NCBI RefSeq assembly: GCF_003704095.1 | Contig: NW_020846801.1 | Span: 124,001-188,000 of the forward strand | Reading direction: 5' to 3' | DNA length: 64,000 bases | From: Pocillopora damicornis | Lineage: Eukaryota | Part shown: positions 31,819-43,960 of the stretch, in pieces | Position numbering within the stretch: position 1 is the stretch's first letter | Layout of the letters: each line of letters starts with the position of its first letter | Translations under genes and position numbers: made by a program | Notes under the pieces: generated by a model | Seen by the model: the letters and a program-made list of their open reading frames with translations, nothing else | What the model was told of the DNA's origin: nothing | The model's database searches: none

Positions 31819-34800
31819 GGGCTGATCGGGCTGCAGATCTTCCACATAGCTTTCGCCCAAGGCCAGGAGTTCTTCGTAGGTCACAATGATTTCCATCCTG
31901 ATTTTCATATCCTCTGTGGAGAGGTAAACCATTTTGTCAATATTGAACACACTTTCCTCTAAGCGCAGCTATTCTCCATCTTGACAAGCGAAAAACTTAA
32001 CGCCACTTCGTATAATGTGTACGCTTTGCGAACCCTTTTCCTTTTTCTATGGTATGTTGAAAGGTAACACACACCACGTAGGTTTATTTTGCTCTACAAC
32101 TTCTGTGACACCACTAACGATCGAAGATACGTGATCTTTGAAATACGAAATTCATTGACAAGAGAGACAACGGGGAACGTTTTAAACATTTCAATGTTGT
32201 TATTTATGGCAGAGTGGTCCAGAACAGTCTCGATTACAGTAATATCTGACGCTCTTCACCTTTCTCGTCGGTAGGATGTTCTTTTCTATATTCAATCCGG
32301 AAGAGAAAGGCTTCCAGGATAAACGCCACAACTATTGTCATAACAACCTGGCCAAATAAGATAGGAAAAGAGGATACTTGATTACCGAGAACTGGTAAAA
32401 ATATGCTAAAATAGTTCTTTTCTAAAAGGCACATAGAAGAAGATAAAAGAAGCTAACAACGCCTGAAATGTTTCAGAAACGTTTTTGATCTTTTTTTTAC
32501 TCATCTACCATCATGGTCATCTCTTCATTCGATAGTTTTTCTATCTCCACGACGCTTTTTGCATTCCTTCTAGGAAGCGTGTCGCATATGGACCTGGTAG
32601 GTAGCCTAAGAAACTCGCTGAAGAGAAGCTCTCCTGAACTTACATAGGCTCAAATGTGACTAAGATGGGATCTCTAATTGGCCACGGAACAGTCTATAAT
32701 GGGGTAGAGGTTCTGAGAGGACAGCGACACACACCCAGCAAACATTGACTTAAGTACCCCTTCCCCCGAGGCTATTTCAAAAGCCCAAGTATGCAGATCT
32801 TTGTCTAAAAACTTGTGTTACTATGATAATCGGTGATTTTAACACCTACCATTGTGACAATGTAAAATGACATAAAGAATACTCTGGCCCAGTCTGATGT
32901 CAGGTAAACTATCCCTTCCTATCAATAAATAGGAAAAGAAAGCTGATTGTGAAAAGGAAAAAACTAATTCAGAAGTTGCACAAAACAAGCCAATAACTCC
33001 ACCACACCAGTTGAATACAACTTAAATGATGCACAGGGATCGCGTGCACTCACTAAGCGAGTGGAACACTAAATCAAGCAATCCCGTTTTCTTACCATTA
33101 TTATAAACCAGTTGTTTACCACTGTCAACTCGAACAAAGTCACTACAGAGAAACGTAATAAAAACGGTTATGTACGATGTGATGAAACTCTCCAATGGAC
33201 AGGCGGTCATTTAAATGAATTTGATAAAATTGCAAGCATGGGGCGGAAAGGAGAGTTGGGTTGGTGGGTGAGTTGGAAAAAGGTTTTGAATTCTTAATCA
33301 CCCGCGCATCCGTAAAAGGCCCATTCATCAAAATATAGCTCATGATGGGCTATTTCTGTGAGTTATGATAAGTGTACGCCAATTAGCGGATGTTTACAGA
33401 CGTTTTACATTTGAAGGGTGAAAAGAGGTCTTTTGTAGTACCGGGGTGATAGCGACAGAGGGTACGCTCGATTACCTGCCGTTTTTCGGGAAATGAATCT
33501 GCGCTCACCTCGCCCCGATCCCCCTCTCGGAGAGGACCGAATGAAGAACGGACTTGAGAAAACGGCGGAAAATGAGCGTAAGCGTGGGGTCTCCCTCAGT
33601 GTGGTTTAGCTGCCTATAACACAGAAACTAGTCATCTTTAGACTAGATATCTTTTGTTCGTTAATAAAAAAAAGCGCTTCGCTTGTGGTTCTTCCCTATT
33701 TGCAATAATAATTTAACTAGAAACAGTTTCAAGGCGCTTACCGTATGAATGTAGCAAATCATTGAAGTTGTTTAAATAATAATAGCCACCCTCCTTGTAT
33801 TCTCCTTCCCACGAAGTGTTTCTGTGCAAAATAATAATAATAATAATAAAACAATTAGAGATGAGATACATTCAGGAATAGCGACATTTAACTCATAACG
33901 TCCAACTCATTCTCTCCATGTATCAGTAGGTCTTAAAATGCTAGAGGATTTTGGTGCATTTCTCAAGCGTGGCGAGCAACAAGGGCGACTGCTTCCGCTG
34001 CACAACCGGAAAATTACTGCTCGACTAAAATGCGTCCAAGAAACGCCTGTTCTGCATGATAGTGTGCAAAATAAAATAAAATGGTAGGAAAGACGAGGTT
34101 GTTGAGTCGTTGACCGTCACATACTGGAGAGAAACAAATGTTCAGCGCTTCAACTGGGATTCGACCCAACGATCTTCCAGACAACTAGTTCGTAAGACTT
34201 TTAACCTCCGAGCTAAGAGTGACTTGTGGCTGGACTGAGACCATCCAAGAGATAATGAAGGGAAAGAGGAGGACAGACTGGTTATTGGGTGGAATACGTC
34301 GATTCCACTTGAGCTATTTCTGGTTACAAACATATGCGGAATACTACCTCCCCTAATGTTCGCACACCAAACCAGCCTTAACGCGATCGACTCGCATTAT
34401 ATCACTTTCACGCGGAACATTAGATCGAGCTTGGTCTTCATGCGGTCGTTTCGGTGCACAATCATTAGTTTGAGAGACTACTTATAAATAATATTAAAGG
34501 AATTCACTCCTCCCTCTCTGACCCATCAGTTCCGCTCGATCCATGTGAAAAAATATTCGATGAAAGACTGTTATTAGAAAGGAGAATACTTACACACAAC
34601 AATCCTTTAGTTCGAGTCCAGAGAAGCATTCTATTCCAATGATTCCAAACGAGTAGTACATCAACAGAATGACGACGGCAACCCTGAGAGAAAAATCGTT
34701 TCTTGTGAGTAACGTTAGTGCTTGGGCGACGTTAGCAAATCGCATTAGCAAAGTGGAAGACGTTGCGTGAAAAATATCATTCTCACGCTCAGCCATGAAT

Positions 34801-37800
34801 AAACTTTAAGCAACAGTGCCACGCCTACCTGGCAGTGAACAATTCCACTAAAAAACAGAGAACGTATTACCTGGCCATTCGAGGTAATAAGACACCTATT
34901 GTCTCAAACAAGTCACGGTATCTTTCTTTCAATTTAAAAAGTCTGCAAGGAATATCAATTGCTTTAGTAACATGAAGAACTCAATAAGATTTTTTAAAAA
35001 GAACTAAGTACTTACAGCAAAAGTCTCAAGGGTCTCAAACAGACGATAAAACTGAAGGATGTTGACACTGCACCAATAAAGCCAGCCACAGTTACAAAGA
35101 AGTCGAATCTGTAAGATAGCGTAACCATAGAAGCGTTTAGTTCACAATAAGACAGTTAATGGATCAATGTCAATAATGGAGTAACTGCACACCCACCCCT
35201 CCCCTAACCCGACAACAGTCAACTGATAACAACTGAGCTAAGGTTAATGTTGGGTTAGGGGAGGGGTAGGTGCACATGTACAGTTGCTCAGATACCGACT
35301 ATTAATCCCAGATTATTATAAAGCTACTGATTTGAAAACGGGGAAAACTCTTCTAAAACATATCTACTGTCTTTTGCTAACAGCTGGCGCTGTAAATAAC
35401 AGTTGACATATTTCAAAGTTTTTTCCCACAAAACAAACAAACAAACAAACAACTGCAATGTATCTATCCTTTTAATGCCTGTTTACTTACTACACATAGT
35501 AGTGCACCGTGCAAAAAGCAACCAGTGCTGATATTCACGGTTGTTCAGAGTTTCAGCAACTGCGCCGCGCTGAGCAAAAGTTGGTTGCAAGTCAGAATCT
35601 ACAAAGTCAGAAACGATAGCCTAAACTGCAACACAAGAAAGCACAACTTAAACTCCGTTCTTGAATACTCACATATTCCAGCCAGACAGGAAATATTTCC
35701 TGAAACCAAGACCAAGGAGTTTGAGCGAGGCTTCTACTGCATAAACTGGAAATATTAAAGTTACATTGTGAATATCTGAAGGAAATCCTCATAACTACAT
35801 GGATATATAAGTTCAAGGAAATCTACATGAGTCGTAAAAAACAGCCCAAATATTTTAAGTCCAATACGAAACCAACCAAAAAACTTCAATAAAGATTAAT
35901 CGAGCTATGCATCGTATCAGAAATAAAAAATTTTTAGGAATAAAATACATGTGACACTGATGAATCAACTCACTACAAATGAAGACTATATGGTACCAAT
36001 GGAGCTCTCTTATCTTCTTTTGCCTTTCATTTTGAGGAGTGTCTGCAAATAAAGAGTAAATAAAATCTTTTGCATGGAACGCTCAACACATTTTTCGGTC
36101 AGAACAAATATCATCTATGCACGGATGCGCAGAATTTCTTTATTTGGGTAAGTGCCCCGCGTTTTCTAATTGGCTCTCAAAACTCACGCCACTATTTTAG
36201 CCATCAGAGGCCAACCCAACACGCGCTGCGGCTTGTTCACGGGCATTTTTCCCGCTTTTGGTAATAGTCACATGGCCGATCAAGAAAAATCTAGTTTTGA
36301 TAAGTCGCCGCCTCATTGCGTTGTGTAATGAGACACTTCAGTTCTAAACAGATTCTTTGACGACATAATTCGATAAGCTTAAAATCAAAGAAAAGAAAAT
36401 AACTTACTGGAAAACACAATGATATCCACAACAACTGAAATCCCATTTGCAATAATAATTCCATCTGTAAAAGAAGAAAATTTTAAAGACGATTATTCAA
36501 AGCAGAAATTGATCTAAATGTATTATGAAGACTAGCAAAGCATGTCCTGAAAGCGGAGTTCAAGGCCAATAAATGTTTGTTCGTAGGTTGAATGAAGCTT
36601 TGAAGTAGTGCTATTACGACACGGCCTCTAAAAACAAATGAGCTAATTTCTTTATGTTTCAACTCTTGAAATTTCTGGAAATTACAAGACAATATTTCAA
36701 AGTGTGAGTGGATTTGCTAATTTCGAGTAAAATGCAATTCTACAATTTAGCAGCAAAGATTCAAAACTGAAGACTTACAGATGACGAACTCAAAAGCTTT
36801 CTGTGATATGAGCCAGCGAACACCTGTGAAAAGAAATGAAACTTTTGTATCAAGACGAATTTACACATCTAAGTTCCGATAAGAGTATAATCATTAGTTG
36901 GCATTTGGCACGAAATTAAGGTTTAGAAACTAAACCAATCAAGCGGAGGAAGCTTTTTTAACCATGCTGATTATTGGACTGGCCAAAAAAAATCGTTCAC
37001 TTTCCAAGCATTCTCGAAACTTTTCTAAGAATATTAATTTGAACTATTTTCAATGTTTTCAGTGAATTATGAATGATCCTGTAGGTTTAAAATGTTCAAG
37101 GATATTTCTTAACAAGCCCACAAAGTGTTACAAACAAAACGTCCCTTAAAAATCCGGGGAGATATACAGAAAAAGACTTTCAACTTTAAAAAAGTTCAAG
37201 AATAATTTTTTTTGAAAAGATTGTCAAATAGGCCACTAGAAGTGGATGAGATTTAAGAGAATTCCATGTCAGAAAAGTTTTAATGAATAACTTTCTGCCA
37301 ACTGCTCACAATTCTCCACTTTTCAAAAGAGAGATGTAATTGTGGAGCTATCCAAGGCCAAAGGAACCAGAGGTAAAAATAAGTGTTTACACAGTCGTTA
37401 TCCTCCCTGTCTTGGTTGGACAATTAATTCCCACTTATATAGCAATTTTGAATGGAGTGTCGAAAGTAAATCGGAATTGCTTTGGTTTTGCTTTCTTTCG
37501 TTTGGTGATTGGTCCGGAAGACTTCCACTACTTCCTCAACCAATCAGATTCAAAACTAAAACCAATCGCGACATGGTCACCCGCGTTTTCCCGCGCTTTG
37601 GGCAATTTGCTTGTATTCACTTTAAGTTCTCATTGGTTCTTAAAGTATTTTCCTGTCTTCTCATTGGCGGTTGTCGCTAATCTGGTTTTGGTTTTACGAC
37701 ACTCAATTCGAACACCGCCCTAAAAAAGACGATTCAAGTACACTGAACATGGATATTACATCTTGCCTTTGAGTGTGCGGTACAAACAGGTACATGACCT

Positions 37801-40800
37801 GAAACAGCTAAACCACTGATTGTAATGTTCTGTTACCTTTAAGAAAACAACAACAGTAACCGTGTGAGATAAATCATAACACGATTTTCTCAGCAGTTTT
37901 AGCAGGTTTTAAAAATTGTGTTTTTCAAAATGTTCTTCAATTTCTTTGGATAAAATAATAGATACATACCCGCTTCCACCTCATCTCACTGTTTTCAAAA
38001 ACATTGTAAAATTCATCCAGGCTAAAATAAAAGTTGATAACTGCAAGTAAGTATAAATATGGAGTCACAGTCAAGCCACAATGGTACCAGATGTAGAAAG
38101 CAATAAAATTTTAAACTACAATTACCGATAAGCCAAATCTTTAGAAAAACCTACAAATAATGCATTTTTGAAAAAGAACATTACCTTAATTTTCCAGTGT
38201 TACTTTTATTTAGTGACTTGAAAACAAGATATTTCTCGACATCAGCTGTTACAAAAGTAACAATCTTTAGATTAATGACCTTAATAATATTCTTTAAAAC
38301 GTTTAAACCACAACAATAGTGTGTGAGTAAGATATGGGACTAATCTAGGCTCTTATTGACCGACTGTTGATAATAATATTCAAAATATTATCATTTACTG
38401 TGAACCTATAAAAAGTAATAAACACTTTGAGCACATTTTTTACATATAAGCCAGAAATAAATCAAAGCACTTACTCTTTTTGGGTTTATAAAATGACATC
38501 AAGCCTTTAAAAGTTTCCCATGGGATCCAATGTGGAGGCTATTGAAAAAAGGTGTAGATTATCTTACCTTGTAAGTAAATTAATTTTGTTGTGACAGGAA
38601 GTTTGTTAGTGACACATAAATGACCCTACCTTCAATCAAGACCTTAGTTGTCGTAATTAGTTTAACACAATAGTTATTTCAAAGTGGACTATTTCAGTGA
38701 ATTAATACATTGGGTATTGACTAACTCAGACAAACCAATAGATTGACAACCTAATTCCTGACTGACTGACTGACTGATGGCATACTGGTTCTTGTCTCCT
38801 GGCTGTCTGCTCCACTGGCAAACAGAAAACGACATATTTAACTGACTGACTGACTGACCAGTAAATTATTAATAAAAAAATGATACATTACTAACATATC
38901 AACAACTTACATGTTCACTGCAGAGAAGTTTGTAAGCTTGTCTTACAGCATGCCTTAAAGAAAATAGAACAACCAGTCAAGACTTTAACAAACACTGCAG
39001 TAAGTCTGAGAAACTTTTTGTACTCTGAAGTAAGTCAGATTCTTACGATCTTTCCTTCCTCCCTTACCTGGACCCTCGAGAAGGAGAATAGAGGGAAAAG
39101 AAAGAAATATTGTGAATGGAATTGAAGTCACATTATGGGGTAGTTAGAATTCCTTATAATAACTAAAACCATCAGGTTGCAGACACTAGCCAAAATTCAA
39201 CTGCCACAGAAATTCTTACCTTTTATGAAGAAAGAGTTTTCTAAACTTATTCTTTTCAATGTTGGTAAAGGTATCATAAACCACAGCCAACAGCTGCAAT
39301 GTCAAAGCAGGAAAACATTATATGTTTACCATGGGCTACATGCAATTAATTTTGGTTAGGGCCAAAATTTGGAAAAAAAATTACAAAACTTTTTGTCATG
39401 ATAAAGTACTGAGTGACTTATGGTCTGGCGACTAACATGAAAAGATATCTCCTGATTAATAATTTTTCTCTAATTGTTTATGTTCTTATCTGCTGCCTGT
39501 TTGACAATTTAGAGATATTGTTGGTAGAAATTAATTTAATCAGGTACTTCTCAGGGTGAAAGCTCAACCCATAGCTTTCCACCCTAATATTAGTTTACAA
39601 GTTCTCTATACGTTTTCTAAGGTACTTACAGGGAGAATTCACATAATAATCAAGAGCTTCTTGACCTCACAATCATTTCCTTTATTCTAACGCCCTTAAT
39701 TTGATTCAGGGATGATATATGGGATTGATATATCATTTATGGAGAAATTAGATCCTAGTCTTGGGGGTTAAAAGGTTAAAAGAAACAGGTCAAGAAAACT
39801 GGGTGGTAATTGCCATACACAGTAAATGACCATGTAGTCTGATTGTCCAGGTGAGAGTAGTCCTAAGAGGACTCAGATTGTTGTCAGTTATAGTGACTGA
39901 CATTTCAACAACCTGAGCAGAAGTCATCATTAGAGTCAAGTGACTTGTCAGATTGGTTGAAACCAGTGGAAATATATTAATATAAGCAATAATGTGGTGC
40001 ATATCTGTGTTACAATTCATGCATTGTAGTTGTTTGAAACCTTACCAGATTCATGAGAAAGTAAAGAACAATTGCGATGTAAACAACAAAGTAGATAACC
40101 GACCATTGTGATCTGTTATATGCTGGCATCATTACATCAGGATAACTGTAGAACAGAATTAACAAATTTAGTGTAATTAATAAGAGTGCGAATATTTCAA
40201 TGACCTAAAATCATTCTTGTTTAACTTATAAATAACAATTAAATTTCACCTACTTTGCTGTTGTAAGTAACACAAATAAGCTGATGAAGCTTCTCCAGAA
40301 GCTGCTGAAAAACTAATTTTGCAAAAAGAGACTGAATTAAATAGAAGTCCTTGGAAAGACTAGAAGCCAATAAGCAGTGAACTTTTCTTTAATTGAATAA
40401 TCTAGCATGCGAGTGAGGTGTGATGGTGAAAAAGAAAATTGGTCCATCAGATGTGTCAACATGTTTAATAAATAGGTTTAGTAACTAATTAAAATTACCT
40501 CATCCTTTTCATTGTCAGAAAACAGGTAAAACCCTGCAAGCAAGAAGGAAACTGTAACAAAGGCTATTTTCAGTTATTTGCATGACTTTCAATACTCTTT
40601 TGTTTTGTGTGACAGACTTTCAAATTGTCTGCATTATGTTTCATTCAGCCATGAGACACGTGTGAGTTACAAGTATTGTCAGTGAAGATAAATTGAAGGA
40701 TTGTCAGAATATTAGTCGAGTAATAGAATGGGGAAAGAGGTATGTCATCTTGTTTATTTTTGTATTTATATATCACAATGTGTACAATCAAAGGTTACAA

Positions 40801-43800
40801 AATTCTGTTTTGCTTAGGATATTTGGGTTGTTTTGATTTATCTGTATACATGCCCTGCATGTTCAAGTTTAGGACATTTCCATCAGTGTATACTGTAAAG
40901 TAATGGCCTATTTCAATTTGTTGTTTTCCAAATTTTACAAGCTTTCAAGTTTAATAAATGAATTGAGATTCAATAGACACTTGGAGGTTCCATCAATATA
41001 AAACAATTCTCTGACGCATGTTGTTAGATTCAATGGATGTCAGCATCTGCCCCATTGCAGGAACTGTGAGTGAAACATTGTTTCATAACACAAAGCTAAA
41101 AGAATTGATGGATCACACCTGAGCCAAATGTCTCTTCAACTCTAGAACGATCAGTGAACCAGAAAAACAATTCTTTAATCTACATTACAAGATAACTATT
41201 CTCCAGAAATCATTTAATTTAGGAATTGATGGAGTTATAACACTAATCAAATTTCAATAGGTAACCAGTACCTTTTCATATATCATTTTTTTTTAATGAA
41301 CAACATAAAAGCTAACAACTGATTTCTCTATGACAATTTTCCTCATTTCTTACCTAACACAGCAAAGATTACCATGATAAAAAACAGCAGAAAGAGCATG
41401 TCCAGGATTGGAGGAAGCGAAAGTAAAATCTGTCTTAGAACCCTAAAATTTAAAAGCAAAAAAAATGCACGAATCTCATTTTTACATCTGGAAGTGATTA
41501 CATTCATTTCATAAGGTAAAAGTTCAAAACAGCCAAAGATATTGTGCTGCCAACATCTTCAATTGATAGAACCACTCCCAGCACTCTGCTGAGGTGTGGT
41601 GGTTGGGGGGCATCATAAACTACTCGTGGCCATCATTGTCATCTTCTGCTTCATCATTTTACTGCGTTACGGTCATCTGACCTTTATTTTAGAATTGTCC
41701 AAAAGTTTCTTAGACACAAGGCTGATGTCTCTTGTTTAATTTATCAGGATATGTTACGGCTCTGTTTCCCCTGATTGGGAGGTGTACTCACAATAGGATG
41801 ATCCCCAAGATAATCTGATCTAAAGCCCTTGAACAGTGAACCCTAAACCTGATCCCTTCCCTTACATCTGTCTTTGAGATTGGTGTTATTTCACCATAGA
41901 TCATGAATTTGGTAGGAAAATTCTACTAGAAGGAGAGATTTTTGGACCCTGTCAGTACTCGAGGTTGGAGCAATAAACAACAAATTTATTTACACAAATC
42001 ACAGTGAAAATTTTACCTTCAATTTTAACTACAGAATGAGACTAACCTTCTCACCCCAAAACAGTAATGTGTATCAATGAGAAAGAGTGGGCGCAGAGAT
42101 CTTGTTACTCGAAAATGATTCTCCCTTCTCACCAGCACCACAATGGCTTCTATAAATACCATGCACCAGATAAAAACCTGATGGTAGGTGAAACATTTGA
42201 ACTGAATTAATACATTTATTGAATTGGCATTTTAGCAAGTGCAAAAGCATAAGCCAGACCCATATTGATCTGTAATATTTAGGAGGTTCTAGATGGTAAG
42301 AATCCCTGTCATTTTTATACAGTGTTCTCATTGAGTCTCAAATCTCCTCTAAGTACAAGATGGTGCTATTATCTTGCTATACATCCACACCCAGTTTGTC
42401 CAGATAGAGAAATTTGAATCAAGTGTTTAAAAAATCCAAGATTACATTCACTCACTTGGTGATTGGTCCAGAAAACTTCTACTACCTTCTCAACCAACCT
42501 CAACCAATTGCAGTGTGATAGCTTGTGCACATTTTTCCATCCTCTGAGCATTCTGGTTGTTTTCATTTCAAGCCCTGATCAGCTTCTATTAATTTCTTTT
42601 TCATTTATCTGATTGTCACTGTAATTAATTTGGCTTCATTTTTTTATACTTTCACTTGAAAAGTCCTATATCAACCCTTTGTGATGGAAAATTATTGCAT
42701 GTACCAAAGTAGCACTGTAATGTACCTTGAGAAGGGTTCTCTTATGGGTGAAGAAAAGTTTTGCTCCCTGCCACTTCAGTTTTACAGCAAGTCCAGCAAA
42801 GACAATCATCAGTGAGAGAACCTCCAAGGCTGCATGAACCTGGTAAACAGTATTGAATGTTCATTATTGTAATTTATAACATCAAATTATTAATCTTACA
42901 TATATCATTTACCCTTGGGAAGTAATAAACTCTCTTAATTGTTCAGTAAAACTGCTACTTCAATCATAAATTGATACTGAACAATTTACTTCTTGACCAG
43001 TTATAGAATCAATCTCTCTATACTTAAGGACATCATGTTACAACACAACTTAGAGCTTAATTATTTTGCATTTACTGGAAAATAAAACTGCATTATAATC
43101 ACAAGTGTAATTGGCATCAGTAAAGGAGAGTGGGTGGGGGAGGTAGAAGGGCCTTAGTTTAAGTCCCTCAAACAGGAGATACTTTCCCAGTATAAAATTG
43201 CCTTGGTAAAATATTCATTTTTTCATCTTCTCATAATAATTTTCTACATCAGGATCACGCTTCTGCTCTAATGAAGGGCTAGCACTGGAAATGTCATCTT
43301 TAGAAACTCTTTATGGTGGTCAATCGACATTATTATACATTAGACTTGGTTTGGATTAGGCTAACCCTATAAAAACACATTCAGTATACAATAGCGTGTG
43401 AAGTTGACATAATAACCCAATATCTGCAGCAGATATTGGGTTATCATGTCAAATTCAAAGTCTCTCTAGTTTCCAAGCCGCTCATCCTTGTGGTGTTCTC
43501 AAACTTTTGAAAACTCAGAGAAAAGTGTCTTCTTTTGTAGATTGTTGAAAAAAATGTAAATAAAACAATTATTGAATATGGTTTTTGCATGATATCATGA
43601 AAGATCAAACCTCATGTCTGTGTTATCTGCCTCAGCCTTTGGCTTCAGCAGGTAACTCCTATTCCACCCACCCCCCTCTCTGACCCTGTCTCACCTCTAC
43701 TCCTTTTTTCAAAACACTCCCTTAACACCTATGCCTAGAGCTGAGTGTACACTTACCTGGACTGGAAGACTCAAATTATTAGCCTTTAGTGCTGGAGGTT

Positions 43801-43960
43801 TTTCAGTGAGTCCCAAGGCAAGAAGAAACAATGCAGCCGTCAGCTCCAAAACGTAGAAATACCGTGAATGTGCTAGAAGGTACCATCGCAATTTTTGAGG
43901 GGTGGGATGGGTAGCAAAGCGGTCATTGTTCTTTCCCTCCTTGAGTAATATTGCTGCATT
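31819..43960 (-). CDS. TPCN1: Two-pore channel 1, copy A (multi-exon; continues at 25178-24639; first coding exon near 44.55-44.75 kb unresolved)
   Basis: Phase-consistent exons: 43960-43757, 42839-42726, 42177-42047, 41442-41354, 40533-40499, 40312-40254, 40145-40046, 39293-39220, 38953-38911, 38538-38475, 38245-38185, 38021-37970, 37836-37767, 36823-36779, 36464-36408, 36042-35974, 35745-35673, 35108-35016, 34942-34871, 34683-34594, 33821-33742, 33142-33096, 32918-32850, 32347-32260, 31913-31819. TPC1 signatures: [18 protein letters not shown], filter [19 protein letters not shown], filter [21 protein letters not shown]. Confidence 0.93.
34120..34215 (-). mobile_element. tRNA-derived SINE-like head in a TPC intron
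   Basis: Minus strand reads A-box-like tagctcggagg followed by B-box-like gggtcgaatccc. No complete cloverleaf. Confidence 0.45.
35161..35308. mobile_element. Foldback MITE
   Basis: cccacccctcccctaaccc ... gggttaggggaggggtagg inverted arms, with GGAT...ATCC ends. Confidence 0.55.

Noticed and set aside
34150-34215. tRNA gene
   Set aside because: Only A/B-box-like motifs and no convincing cloverleaf; treated as a SINE-like head.
37340-37723. ORFs of 104-127 aa at 37340-37723 and 28071-28385
   Set aside because: They lie in an interspersed repeat inside TPC introns.
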